Assembly (NCBI RefSeq): GCF_018977255.1
Contig: NW_024704743.1
Location: 14,634,001 to 14,698,000 of the forward strand
Origin: Callorhinchus milii
Lineage: Eukaryota
Direction of reading: 5' to 3'
Length of the DNA stretch: 64,000 nt
Within the stretch, counting starts at the first letter, position 1. Each line of letters begins with the position of its first letter. Shown here one piece after another: positions 1-12,792 of the stretch. Position numbers and translations under genes: made by a program. Under the pieces are notes generated by a model that made no database searches, was not told the origin of the DNA, and saw only the letters and a list, made by a program, of their open reading frames with translations.

Positions 1-2210
1 CGTTCTCCTCTCTTCCATAAATGTATTTTAATTCAAACAAGTTTCCTCTCTATACTATATCTCTTTCTGCCTTTTAGTTTTCATTTCAGCCTTTAAGAGT
101 TCCAAAGTACAACAGAAATAAGGTAAAATAAAAGTATAGAATGTGTTTTGCACAAGAGATATTGATAAAATCTATTGTACATTTTGAAACTACTGGAGCT
201 GCTAAGAAATGACTAGGAACGTATCCAAAGAGGATGATAAAGGTGCAACAACAACAACTTGCGCCCTTTACACTGAGTCATGTCTTGGAGCACTTAAGTG
301 CAACATTTCATAAAGAACTGAAAGTAGTGTGGAGAAAGGAGAGCTTTCTGAGAAGTGCAAAATGCTAAGATCAAAATCACATAGAAAATACTCTAGAAGA
401 ATGTCAGAAACTGGCTGGAAAACAAACAACTTCAGCAAGACACTGACAATATCTTTCTGGCTGAATTGTAATCCAGTTATCTTCAAAATTTCTTTCATGT
501 ATGCCAATTAATGTTGAAACCTTAAAATACATGGAAACAACAATCACAAGAGCCAGTATTTGACACAAAACAAAGCCTTCCCTTGCAAAATTTGCGAAAA
601 GTGTGAATGTTGGCTTTAAAAACTGCTGAATTACAAAATAGAAAATAGCTTACAGTTTTTTTTCCCCCAGTTTCATCTCTGGTAAGAAATAATGAATAGG
701 TCAGAAAGGTTGAACAATTACCTCCAAATAGCACACACTTTCAATATACTGCGGCAAAAAACTTTCCAGCCTTGCAGGAACATTTAATAAGATTCCAGAC
801 AAGACAATGATGGTGTTCAGCTCCAGATGTATTAAGATCTCTCAAATGAATTAGAAGTTTGTTTTCCATATCATTTTAAGCAACTTTACTTTTTTATGAA
901 CACCAGCAGTGGTGTTCCCAAGTCTGAGCTCTTACCAATCTATGGCTAAACTCTGGGAAACGATAAAGAAGGGTGGCCTCTCTGGGAAAAGAGAATGCGT
1001 ACTCATACCTATAAGTCTCAGAGAGACAAATTCAAAGCATACCTAGGGGGAATTCTCAGTAGTTTTGTTTGGAGATTTAAGCATGGCGGTAAATTTGGTG
1101 TACATCAGATTCCCCATTGACCAAAAGAAATTAATTAATTTACACAGAGCCCCAGGTCTCCTTCCAGCCTGCACGATTCCTGCATGAAGATAAACAACCA
1201 AATCTAATCCTAGTCTTCACAAGATTAGTTCAGATTAAGAAGATCCCATCGTCCTTACAGAATACCCATTGAATCATCTTCTCATCACAGCATCAAAGAA
1301 CCATAGACAATGAAGGATGCGATTCAGTCTATCAGGTCTACACCAAAAGAGCAAGCAGTTCATTCAGTACCACTACCCTAACCCCATACCTATTCAAATC
1401 GTTATTTTCATATACCACTTACAGTCAGAAGGACAACCTATCAAATCCGTACAACCTATCAAATCTGTACAGAGTTTGCAGCATCAAGTTTTTTTTAAAG
1501 TGAGTCTAGTGTCCTGTTCTCTTGTTCTGCTGTAATGATACATTATAAAGTATGTTTCTGGATTTATTTTAAATTCTGCTGCCACTCTTTTCAACTCATT
1601 CACCAGGAGATATACACAAGTACTGTGTTCTGACTCCTTCAATTGGATTTGTGTTGATGACTTAACTTGAATCCAAAAGTGACTCCAGCTTCCCATGTCT
1701 GCCCACTATTCACCCAATCAATCTCAAACCCTCTCCTGGTTAGAGATCACAAAAAGGACTGAATGAAGAAGTGTCCTTTGCTCATTTTATCTCATTCTTC
1801 CAGAACATCCTACAGGCTTTCCAAAATAGGGAACACAGTGGGAGATCGGATAATCAAGGTTTCACTGTACCTTAAACTATATGCAATTGAGATCCTTAGA
1901 CTAAACAGCAGTGAATTGGAATCCTGATCATTTTATTTTGCATGATCCTGAATATTTAGCACTATATTTGGGCATATGCCTACAAAATACACTGTCACTC
2001 CACTTTACCATATATTCTGTAAAGACATCATCCTAACGTGAAAGACACTATTTAAAAATGTTTTTTCCTTTTTGTTGACAATTTATAGATATATCAAAGG
2101 CAAGGATTATTTTATTATTATCCTTATAGTGGATTCTCAATTATTCATCCTTCCAATGATCCACAGAATCACAATCGTAACACACAAACATTCATTTCTG
2201 AGATTTGCAA

Positions 2211-2550
2211 CCGGGTGTCTGACACATGCAGAACCCACCCCCATTGCTTAAGAGTATCCAATTGAAACTGAGAATTCCATGCATTACACCTATACATGGA
2301 AATCCCAGAGGGTGGACTCTCTCCCTGGAGAGATGCATCTGCTTATATAATTCCAGAAAGTATTAGGTGCAGGTTGACAAAGATCAAGGCTTGGGGACCC
2401 CAGAGTGTGCGTTGGGGTACTGCTGGAGTCTATCCAGCTAAAACCGCATAGCTTGCCATTGATATCACTGTCCGGCAAGCTTTCCCGCTGCTTTTCCAGC
2501 TAGGACCACCCTACACATTAGGGCTTTGGCTTGTAGGGTTAACAGAACCT
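2211..2550 (-). repeat. Unclassified dispersed repeat ('family X'), copy 1
   Basis: Shares blocks (GTGTCYGACACATGCAGAA, TGCTTTTCCAGCTARGAYCACCCT, CTTTGGCTTGTA) with 4280-4530 and, inverted, with 28540-28850. Confidence 0.75.
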
Positions 2551-3510
2551 GAATATCTGAAAACTAACTGCCAAAGTATTTGTCAATTTAAGCTCAAGTA
2601 CCTAAAGCAATTTTAAAATGAACGTGAACTATCTCTGAATGGTAAATTGACAGCTTTAAATATATGATCAATAAAGAAAGTCTTTAACGTTGATTTCTTC
2701 TAATTTCCTCTAGAAAACTGGTGTTACAAATGTTAATCGCAGATCCCAGTTACAAGGCACGGCAAATCTGAAAATAATTGGGATGAGAATCATTGTAAAG
2801 GTCAGTGCAGCGGCACTGGCCTGGATTACAAATAAACAGAAGTCCCTAGCAGTTGCTGCTTAAACCCTGCCAATTTCATCAGCCAGCTAATTTTCCATAC
2901 TGAAGATCACTGAAACATATGTTCATAATAATTCCTCTTATTCCATATGTTAACAGAATTGAAGCAACATTTACTTACATCACTTTAAATTCACTAAGTG
3001 CAGCTATCTACTAAAAATCTGACACTTGCTCTGATTTTATATCAGGCTTTCGGTTACTTCATCCTTATACACACCCTTAGAACATGCCAACCCCAACCTC
3101 CATATTCCTTCAATTAGGAGATTATCTGGAAGACAGGATGATTAGAATTGATTTCATTCCACAAAGTTTTTATTCACAATGGTTGGAATTTTATTGATAC
3201 AATGAAATGAAAGTCAAAACTGAGCAGGAAATATAGCTTTCAAATACTTCAACAGATGGGATCATCAGATGGTACCTCAGCCCTGCATTTGAGCCTTGAG
3301 CTTTTCCCACAAGTATATCTGTCATTTTTAATTGAAAGAAGCAAACGTGGGTGTCCACACATGAAACAGAAGTTCACAATTTAATTGTTGATACATACAG
3401 CTCATCTCATCTATTTTCATAGGATGACTCACTGCTACAAGAAAGGAAGAAACACAACTTTGATTTGTACCAAAAAAAAATCCGGAACTAATGTAGCTAC
3501 AATGCAATAG

Positions 3511-3715
3511 AATTTACATTTATATAGCACCTTTCGCAGTGGGAGGATATCTCAAAGCACTTGAGATTGTTAGATGCATACACCAGCTGGGGTTGGAGCT
3601 GAAGGGGCAAAAAACCAAAAGTACAACCAAAAAGGTATTCATTGAATGAGGGGAGAGAGGGAGTGATTCATGGGAATGGAGATCCAGAGAATGGGCGTGG
3701 AATGACTAAAATCAG
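3511..3715 (-). mobile_element. L2 LINE 3' end fragment, old
   Basis: CATTTATATAGCACCTTTC...GGGAGGATATCTCAAAGCACTT tail shared with the other L2 3' ends in the window. Confidence 0.6.
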
Positions 3716-4122
3716 CAGTATTTAAAGAAGGATGATAATACTCAAACAAAAAGAATAAATATTCTAAAATATTAGGATATAAAACTGAGAATTTAGTTTA
3801 ATATCCTGCTCAGGTAATCTTGAAAGTACAAACAATTTTATTTTCAAAAGCAGAGTTTAATTCAGTAATCTTAGAAAATTAGACAATTAAAGGTGAAAGC
3901 AAAGTCTAAAGGCAGTGAAAGATTTTCTTACACTCATAACTCCAGTGACCTCTGTTTCAGAGAAGACCACTGATGCTCCATTGAACTTAACAAAGGAAGG
4001 GGTACATTTTGAAGTCAGAGTCATTCCAGAGCCGTCAGATACTATGTTCAGTGCTGCCGAATAAACAGCAATAATTTGTCCACACTAAACTTTGCCAGGA
4101 TATTGCACAACAGTTGGTCCAT

Positions 4123-4123
<1 letters not shown>

Positions 4124-4158
<35 letters not shown>

Positions 4159-4765
4159 CGTTGCATTTGATATTGCGCTTTTCACATCTTCTCGACGTCT
4201 CAAAGCGTTTCACAGAATAGACTATAAAGTGAATTGACTGTATATTTCTCATTAACAGCTGAGTGCAAAGGAGTTTTTTTGGGGGCAGCCGAGTGTCCGA
4301 CACATGCAGAAACCCATCACCATACTTAAGAGCATCTTAACCAAACAGATTTCTATGCATCCAACCTATCCGTGAAAATTCTCATGTTTGGAATGGAAGG
4401 CAAGCTCTCTCTTTGGAGATCACTCTAACATCATGTAGCCGACCATTGAAAGTACTGTCTCTTAAGCTTTCCATTGCTTTTCCAGCTAAGATCACCCTTC
4501 CTGTTCAGACTTTGGCTTGTAAAGTCAAAGGAGCTCAGTGGGAAGAATCCCTCCCTCCAGTGACTGTTTGCCCCTCCAAGTCCTGCTGATGTGTGAGGTT
4601 GGCTGGTCTATCATCGGCAATATCCTTGAATACTGCAGACCTGCCTGCCATAACAACCAAACTACCGCCACTGAGGGTTGACTTGATTCTGACATTTTTT
4701 AGCTAAGCATGTCATTTTGGAGCCAGTTCAGTTGTAAGGAGACCCTGCTTACCTCCCACCTTCCC
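4124..4765 (-). mobile_element. 'Family X' copy 2 ending in SINE/L2-type tail and (TTA)n
   Basis: (ATA)n at 4124-4158, then the SINE-type tail (to ~4250), then family X body homologous to 2211-2550, 28425-28850 and 34612-34725. Confidence 0.7.
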
Positions 4766-5217
4766 TCTCCCACCACCCCACTAACAAGGATAGTGCAGAG
4801 GAGGCTTATCCAGGTACTTGCCTTTATTTCACCAACAACACTTTGAATAAAAATCACTCCCTCTGGGCTTTCGTTCCTCTTTAACACATATCACAATAGG
4901 TTTTTGATAAGCAGAGTGGGAAAATAAATTGGCAATCCTGGTGTATTCTGAGCCCCCAAATAAATCAGTGAAATGTAACTCAATAATACTGTGATATTGG
5001 TATGGGGAAAAGAGAGTGGAGAGATACATAGGGCTGCTGTAATCATATCAAGAAGTTTTCATATCAAGGATTCCTTCCTTATAAAATCTAGCTGAATGCT
5101 TCAGAAACTACAACAACTTACACTTGTATAATGCTCTTCGTGTTGCAGAGACATCCCAGGGCTCTGGACAATCACAGGTTTTAGACCTGAGCTGGGAGTT
5201 GGGTTCAGAAGAGGAGG

Positions 5218-5506
5218 AATAACAACAATATAAACAACAAATATATATTTCAAGACGGGAGGACGTCCCAAGTGACGGGTTTGCACCCAAGCTGGGTGTC
5301 AAGAGGGCTGAACGGCATGGGGGTGGTGGTGGGAGGATGATCGAAAGCACGGTCGACGATGAAGGTCTTGAGACTGGCCTTGAAGGAGGCAAGGGAGGGG
5401 TTGAGGCAAAGGGATTCATGGATGGAGTTGCAGAGGATGGAGGCAGAAAGGCTGAAGGCCTGTCTGCTGATAGTGGGACGGGCAAGGCGGGGTTCATGGA
5501 GCAGGG
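5218..5506 (-). mobile_element. L2 LINE 3' fragment
   Basis: Translates to L2 ORF2 C-terminus (AFSLSASILCNSIHESL...SLASFKASLKTFIVDRAF); (TTG)n-like tail. Confidence 0.85.
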
Positions 5507-7634
5507 CATTACTACAGTAGTTCATACAGTAGTGATGCACTACTATAGTAACGTGTTCAAAAATTATTTTAAAAACAACTGGATAGATGGACACTGCACA
5601 CTTTTCCAGTCCTAGAGATGTTTCCATGGAGCTGCAGCACAGTGCTTACAAGACCACAAGAGATTTGAGTGAAAATGGCTCTTCGGCCTATTTGATCTCA
5701 CCCTTCCAGAACAACCGTCCTACCATCCGCTGTTTTGTAAATGAGTCTAGAATTCTAGGCCCCATTACCCTAGTAACCCATTCTAGTCATTAAATTACCC
5801 TCTGGTTAAAGAAATACCTCCTGGTATCTGTTCTAATATTAACCTTTGCTGTCCTAAACTCCTGTCCCCTGGTTCTACTGTTTCGGTCCATCTGAAAGTA
5901 TTGTTGTAAATTTACTTTCTCAAATATGATTTAAAATGTTACGTACTTATAAGGCTTCTCTGAGCTGTCTTTTTTAACATATGAAAATGGAATTCTACTC
6001 ACTGCAGAGTACTTTATTAGTATTAACATGCAAAAAACTGTATGAAGACTGAGAAAGTAAAATTATGATCAAAACATGGTTCATGTTCAGTCCTAGAACA
6101 GACCAAACAAAGACGGATAGGCTGAGATCAATGATCCACTGTCTTATTAAGCAAATAGATAGAAAACATTATTGTACGAAACAGACTTGTAAATGGCAGT
6201 ATTTTTATTTAAAAGATGAACAAATATAAGAGTAGCACCAACCTAATGAGAGAATCTTTAAATGGATTTACACAAAATTAAAAAATTAAAAATGAAATCG
6301 TAAAATCTCACTCATTATATGCAGTTCACACAGCACCAGAAGCTTTATTGCCAAGCAAAATCAGAAACTGTGCATCTTAATCTTGTTATATTTCGTCTTT
6401 GCAATTAAATATAAAGAAAAACTTTTGAAAGTTGGAAATTCTCACAAGTGCATAAAAATAGACTCATACAATCGTAGTATGCAGTGTGGTTTGATGCAGT
6501 TGATGAATTTCACTCAACTGGAAAGAAGATTTAAAAGATTTTATGATCTAATTTGATTTTACTAGTAAGAATTTCAAATTAATGCATTACAATTTTTAAT
6601 ATCCATTTTACAGCAGAATACACTTATCACAATTGGCTTATCTACAGGACAATAGCTGGCGAGGGATACATTCCAGTTCAAAACTGCTCATGTAGGGCTG
6701 TGATATGCACAAATGGGACATCCACTGCGCACTCATTCATGCCCAAACCTAGAAAGGCTGCATTTACTGTACCTTAGCAACCTTTCTGACACATTGCGGA
6801 ACGCAGATTTTATAATTTTGAACTCACTATTGTCCCAGAAGACAACGCATTGATTAAGAAAGCAGCTGTTTGGGGATGTAAAACAATGTACATTAGATGT
6901 CAGTATCAAAACTCAATAGATTTTCTCTCCATGACTGCAGTAATAATAATAATATGAACCTTTGTATTTGCATCTTTCACGTCGGGAGATCTTCTCAAAG
7001 CGTTTCACAAGCATCACTATACAGTGTAAACACTGTGCATTTTTCTAGGCAAATATGGCAGTCATTGTCCCATATACAGCAACAGGATAGCACAAAGATT
7101 GTTTTTAAATATTAAAGTATATTTATATCCTGATTCACAAATATTAATTCAAAACTATGCAAAATGTAATCAGACTGAAGGTTATTGTGGCAAGATCAGA
7201 GCAGGTGATCTGGGCTAGGAAGCCCAAATCTCCCCACACTACCTCTATGATCTCCTTTAAGCACACTAACTTGTCCGCTATCCTTGCTTGATGAATACTG
7301 GCCTGCTTCGTGTCTCCACCCCATCAATCTGTGCAAGTTTTCAGCTAATCTGCCTCCGTTCTCTGGAACTCCATCCTGAACATCCTCCGACTCGCTCCTT
7401 CTGTCCCCTTGTTAAATGTACCTCTTTGAACTTTCGGCTATCTTTCCCCTCTCCATCTCCTCGGCTCCCACTCCCACCTCAGATGCCCATCCAGCATTAT
7501 TAAGCACTTTGAGACATCTTTCCAATACGAGAGGCATGGTATAAATGTAAATTGTACTGTAATGCATTTTCCTGATGACTCTCGATGGGGTGAAATTCCA
7601 TTGGTTGGTAAAACTAATCACTCAGATAGCATTA

Positions 7635-7810
7635 CTTAGAACGTTACAGCACAGAAATAGGACATTCAGTCTAACTAGTCCGTGCTGGCATTTATACTCT
7701 ACATGAGCCTCCACCCCTTCCTAACACCCCCTCTCTCTCATCCAACACCCCCTCTCTCTCACCCCTCGATTCCCTTTTCTGTCATGTCAGCATAAAGTTT
7801 CCTCTTAGTG
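7635..7810 (-). mobile_element. CR1 LINE 3' end fragment, old
   Basis: TAGAACGTTACAGCACAGAAATAGGACATTCAG resembles the CR1 3' terminus at 46868-46920. Confidence 0.5.
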
Positions 7811-8644
7811 TTATTGTACTCTCTCCAAAAACTGGAATCTAACTAGTTTGTCGTAACCATTATTGTCATTCAGGAATACTATCATACTATCATAAACGTG
7901 GAAAACGCCACCCCCCACCCATACTGCAAACTCTGCACAGCACCTTTCCCTGAGGATCTAGTACAGATCAAAATCTGGTACATGGAGCATGAGTTCATCG
8001 ATCTAAATCAGTCTCTAATACTCTACTGAATTAAATGCCTCTTAAAGAGGGAGAAATTTACCATAACTATATCATGAAAGCATTTAAAAAAAGTCAATTG
8101 GAGTTGAACTGCATCAAATTCATATTTTACATAACAAGGATTTTTTTGTATATGTTTAATGTTACTATAAGCATAATTCGCTATCGGAATGAATTTCAAA
8201 GAACTAAACTCAACCTGTTTTTGCCAACTTTTTTCTTTCTATTTAATTAACTCTTAAACAACCACATCAGCTCTGGTCATTGACATGCCATCCTCTCTCT
8301 ACAATACATTTTGCTTTTGAGAGAGCATTTAATGACTCGACTACTAATGTGCTGTCAAACAATCAGCCATTTGTCTCACACAGTCATTAAGAGGCTGTTT
8401 TAGGTCCAGGAAGACCACTGCTTGAATGACTCAAACAAACAGAGATCAATGAATCCAATATAGGCCATTCTACAGTGTGTCGAAAATGTGCTGTTACTTT
8501 ACCCAGCCCAAAATAAAATCGCCACAGGTACCGATTCTGCATTGACTTTCCAATACTCTGTTCTGAGACACGACCCACACGCATGAACAGTGCTGTATTG
8601 CGAGTTGTTGTTGCTGTTGGTTGTTTTACTCTCTTTAAAAACAC

Positions 8645-8825
8645 GCTACCTGGGTAAGCACAGGATCGACTCAGCTATGATACACCTACACTCAAATAGC
8701 CTGCTGACTCTCACTGTTCTGGCTCACTTGTGAAGAAGTCATGTAACTGAGGTACTAGGTGGACTGGACACCATGGTATGTACCCCGGCATGAGTTAGCA
8801 CCTGAAAGAAGAGCAGGGAAATTTG
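8645..8825 (+). repeat. Old SINE-like repeat fragment (same family as 22330-22620, 26835-26920, 55110-55290)
   Basis: Shares CTCAGCTAT...CAC...AGCCTGYTGAC block with 22495-22545. Confidence 0.45.
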
Positions 8826-8901
8826 GGGTTTGAGGAGTTCCTATTTTGTGTCTCATTTGCTACAGCAGTTTAAATACGATGTAAGGCTATAAGAAAGCCT
8901 T

Positions 8902-9264
8902 ATAATAATCCTTGCATTTAACACAGTGCCTTATCACATCTTCGAGACGTCTCAAAGCACTTCACAGAATATACTGTAAAGTGAATTGACTGTATATTTT
9001 GTGGGCGAAATGCAGCAGCCAATCGCGCACAGCAGTGTCCCGCAAACAGTTTTGGAATGAAGTGACCACATTTTTCTTTTTAAGGAATTATTACCCCCGG
9101 AAGAGTGATCCACCAATCGACTAACAACCGGGTTCCTACTTACTGCTAGGTAAACAGAGGCGTGTGGAGTAAGGAAACTTGCCCAACATTTCGCCCTGCC
9201 AGGAATCAAACCCAGTTCTCTCACTTGAGAGGCGAGTGCTCCAACCACTGAGTTACAGGACTCC
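8902..9264 (-). mobile_element. Young tRNA-derived SINE, full length
   Basis: Head GGAGTCCTGTAACTCAGTGGTTGGAGCACTCGC with Pol III A/B boxes, body, L2-like tail and (TTA)n; multiple similar copies in the window. Confidence 0.92.
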
Positions 9265-12200
9265 ATATGTTATGGGGGAACTTGCTGTACTGGCAAACTA
9301 AAGCTGTGACTTTCATATCATTTAAAAAGAAACAGTCTTTGAATATTTGGTGTTTCATAGTTTCATTATTCTCCCATTCACCCCCAAAAAAGTATTGAAA
9401 TACTTTTCGATGTGATCCCAAAAAACACATTTGTCAAAGTATTGTTACTTGCTGCTCAAAATGCCATGTTTGTGAGTTGATACTGAACAATTCCCTTTGT
9501 AGCAAAAGTCATAATCAAACACAAGGAGCCATGTCACGATAGCAAAATGATGACATTTCCACAGGGTGAATTTAAAATAGAACATGGCAGCCTATAAATA
9601 AAACTATAAATCAAACACGATTTGTATCGTGCTTAGGTCTCATTCTACATTGAGGCCAATGGACATTGCAAACTGATGACCAGGAAAACCATAAAGTGTG
9701 AAGAGGAAAGTCAATGATTCATTGGGTCAGAGAAAGCTCCAGCCGAAAAAGCCACTGGAAATTCAGGTCTGCAGCCAGTACATATTTGAAATTTCTGTCC
9801 ATCAGAATTGCTCTCATCAATTGCTCTCAATTGTTTTACAATCCCCATGGAGGCCAGGGTTGAAATCTGATCTTTATGACACTGTTGAATATACTAATGC
9901 AAGGTTCTGTATTTAATTATACAGGGAATTAAAGAGCCAGCAAAGAACAATGTGAACTGTACCAAAGTACACACCCCTAGGAGAGCTCAATCTCACGACC
10001 TGCGGGTGCTTGGAGAATGAGTATGGTAAAAATAGACACGCCCTGGGATAAGGTGAACACTTGAGTAGATAAATCATATTGGTAAATACTCAAAAGGAGA
10101 GATTTTTAAAAATAATAATTCGTGCCATTAATGTTCTGGTATGGTAATGTTGAGGATGGTAATGAGAAACTACACGTGTTTAGCATCAGAATATATCTCT
10201 AAATAACAAATCAGCAACATTTTTACATCTATTTATTTTAAGAGAAATGGGCAACAAGGATCTATTTATCAAAAGAAACATATTAGCCAAGAAAACGCCA
10301 GAGAAGCTAGCTCTTATATTTAAGGGAGAAACTTGTGGCTGTCACAGTACTTCAGGCGGCTGCATGTCTGAAGCATATTCATTGATTTGGTGCTGTGGCT
10401 AACCTCCCATGGAATCCAAGACAAAGGTGTCAAATGACATCAAGGTCTGACTTTCAACCCACAAGTTGCTTTGACACTAAATACAATAATAGTTAATGAA
10501 ATTTAGAGCGTTGAGAAATGAGGCTATTCTTCCTATGATGAACTCTCATGTACCACAGACAAAATTGCCTCAAACTCCCCTCAAGTGGGTCTCTACAGGA
10601 ATTTTATCAAGAAATATAAATTTTGAACATTTAGTAATGTTCAGTTATATTGTGAAATGTAAAACCCAAGGGGAGGCTTCCTTTTCTTCAATAATAACAA
10701 ATTGTCAGAACTCTTGTTCATTCAAATAAATCCATTGAATGTCATCTGTACAAATCTTTTACTGCAACTGGAATAGTCCTAGTAGCACCAGCCACATCAA
10801 TAATAATAATAATAATAATAATCAAGGTCTAATTCACAAGATTCTTGTAATGACTGACCTGAAAACCAGTAAAACCATTAAAAATTTCCAGAGGACGAAA
10901 TGACTTTTGATGGATTGTGCCTGTTTGCGGGAATTTGCAGTTTGCCAAATCTCAATGTTTGAAAACCAAAAGCTACAGCGACTCAATATAGTTTGAAAAT
11001 ATAACAAATGAAATCCCATTACAATCGACAGTGATTTTCAGAAAAATCAAGGTGCTGCGTCAAATACATTTCTTAAAAATGTTAAAAACATGCCGGTTTA
11101 TGTGACATAAAATACCATAAAAAATATAACAGCAAACAAATATTCATTATCCTGAATTCATTGAATATGATGTACTTGACATCGCTAGGATCTTTCTTCA
11201 AAGTAATTCCTTTTGAGGACATGAATCTGTATGAAAGTGCAGTTTATACATATTATTACAACACTTTTACACATCATTAAATATTCTTTCACTGCTAAGA
11301 TCTTGGTTTCCAATGTACCACTGGCTGTACTGTATGTAGTAAAACATCGCAGAATGCCTTTGTAAAGACCCTTTTTGCTAATTTTGTAAAATGATTCACT
11401 TGATGGCAACATCAAAGTATCCTCCTCTTCATTCACCCAGAAGAATTTGCAGTTGTATTTGACACAGATGTCAGACATTATGACAACCCCACAAAGGTGA
11501 GAATATCAGCGGTTTTCTATTGAAGATTCATAAAGTCGTTGGTCATTGCTTCTGATGATATTTCAACTATCTTTTATTCACAAAACTTTGACTATGATGT
11601 ACAGCACTTTATGATATTGTACAGAATGTTTAGCAAATAAAATGCTTGGTATTGTGTAGGATATTTCAAACAATTGTTTCTTATAAATCAAAACATTTAA
11701 TATATTCTTTATTATTTTTGTACAGCAAAAATGAATGTATCAGCAGCACGGCATTCAGGCACTTGAAAGCAATTACATGTAGTTTTCTTATATCTCATTC
11801 ACACAGAAGCTGCTTCAGACCAGTGTAATTGCAGTAATTCAATTAGAGGCAACATTTCCAGATGTTGTGATCACACACACACGTGCAGAAACACGCACAC
11901 ACACAATTATTTAAGCAGTTAAAATTTGATATAAACATTTTCAGTTCAGGGCATTGCTTATTCCGGGTAAAAAAGATGACTTTTTAAACTGACTGACTCA
12001 TGAAAATTAAGCTTAACCCATGTTATTAACAAGCTAGAAAAAGCTACTTAATGTCTGTGAAACTGATGCTGGATGGACAAGGTTGAAATTCCCAATGAGC
12101 CTTTGTTTAAGTATATGTATCAAATCACTCTTAAAAGTCACAGCAAATACAGTGACAATCAAACATATAATAAAAATAAATTCTAAGTGGGATGGGCCCC

Positions 12201-12724
12201 TGAACATTTCACACTACGGTTAGAAATCTAATAGGGTTTTCTTATAATTAGAAGTATGAGGATAACTACACTACAGTATATTGGCGCGCAGTTGAATCCG
12301 CACTATCGCTACTTCATTTATGTTAACTGCCTTTAACCACGGAGCAGTCATTACGCACTATTAACATTCATTATTGCAAATATAACAGTTATTATAGGGG
12401 GACTGCAATTTACATTTATTAAATAAAACAAGCACGCTGAATAGGACTCGGAGATCATTTAAAAAGTTAAACAGTTTAATAATTCACTCTCTAAATTATT
12501 TTAAAATCTAAATGAACAGACATCTGCAAACATTAATTATAATTATAGCAGTATGAAGGAAATTCACTTAATCCTGCCAAATACTGCTTAAAATATAACT
12601 GTCTGTTGCCACAAATCATCTCAAAGGTTTTCTTCAATTATAAAGGTCAGTAAAATTAATATGAAATTTAAAAAACTCAATTTTAATATTCCTCAATTTA
12701 AAGCACCATTCTAATATCAGCATA

Positions 12725-12792
12725 CACCAAGAGCAGGCCATTAAGGCAGCTTTTTAAGCTTAAAAAGCTGCTTTAGTAACCTGCTCTTGGTG
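12725..12792. repeat. 68-bp imperfect palindrome/hairpin
   Basis: CACCAAGAGCAGG / CCTGCTCTTGGTG perfect outer arms and a central perfect 26-bp palindrome GCAGCTTTTTAAGCTTAAAAAGCTGC. Confidence 0.9.

Noticed and set aside
268..520. Minus-strand ORF following a possible acceptor at ~520
   Set aside because: No recognisable product in any frame
11185..11478. 97-aa minus-strand ORF as a coding exon
   Set aside because: No recognisable domain, in-frame stop just upstream and no convincing splice pair; a BLASTX hit would reopen it
11741..11762. miR-15/16/497-like seed CAGCAGCAC
   Set aside because: The rest of the sequence does not resemble the family and there is no precursor hairpin with this on one arm
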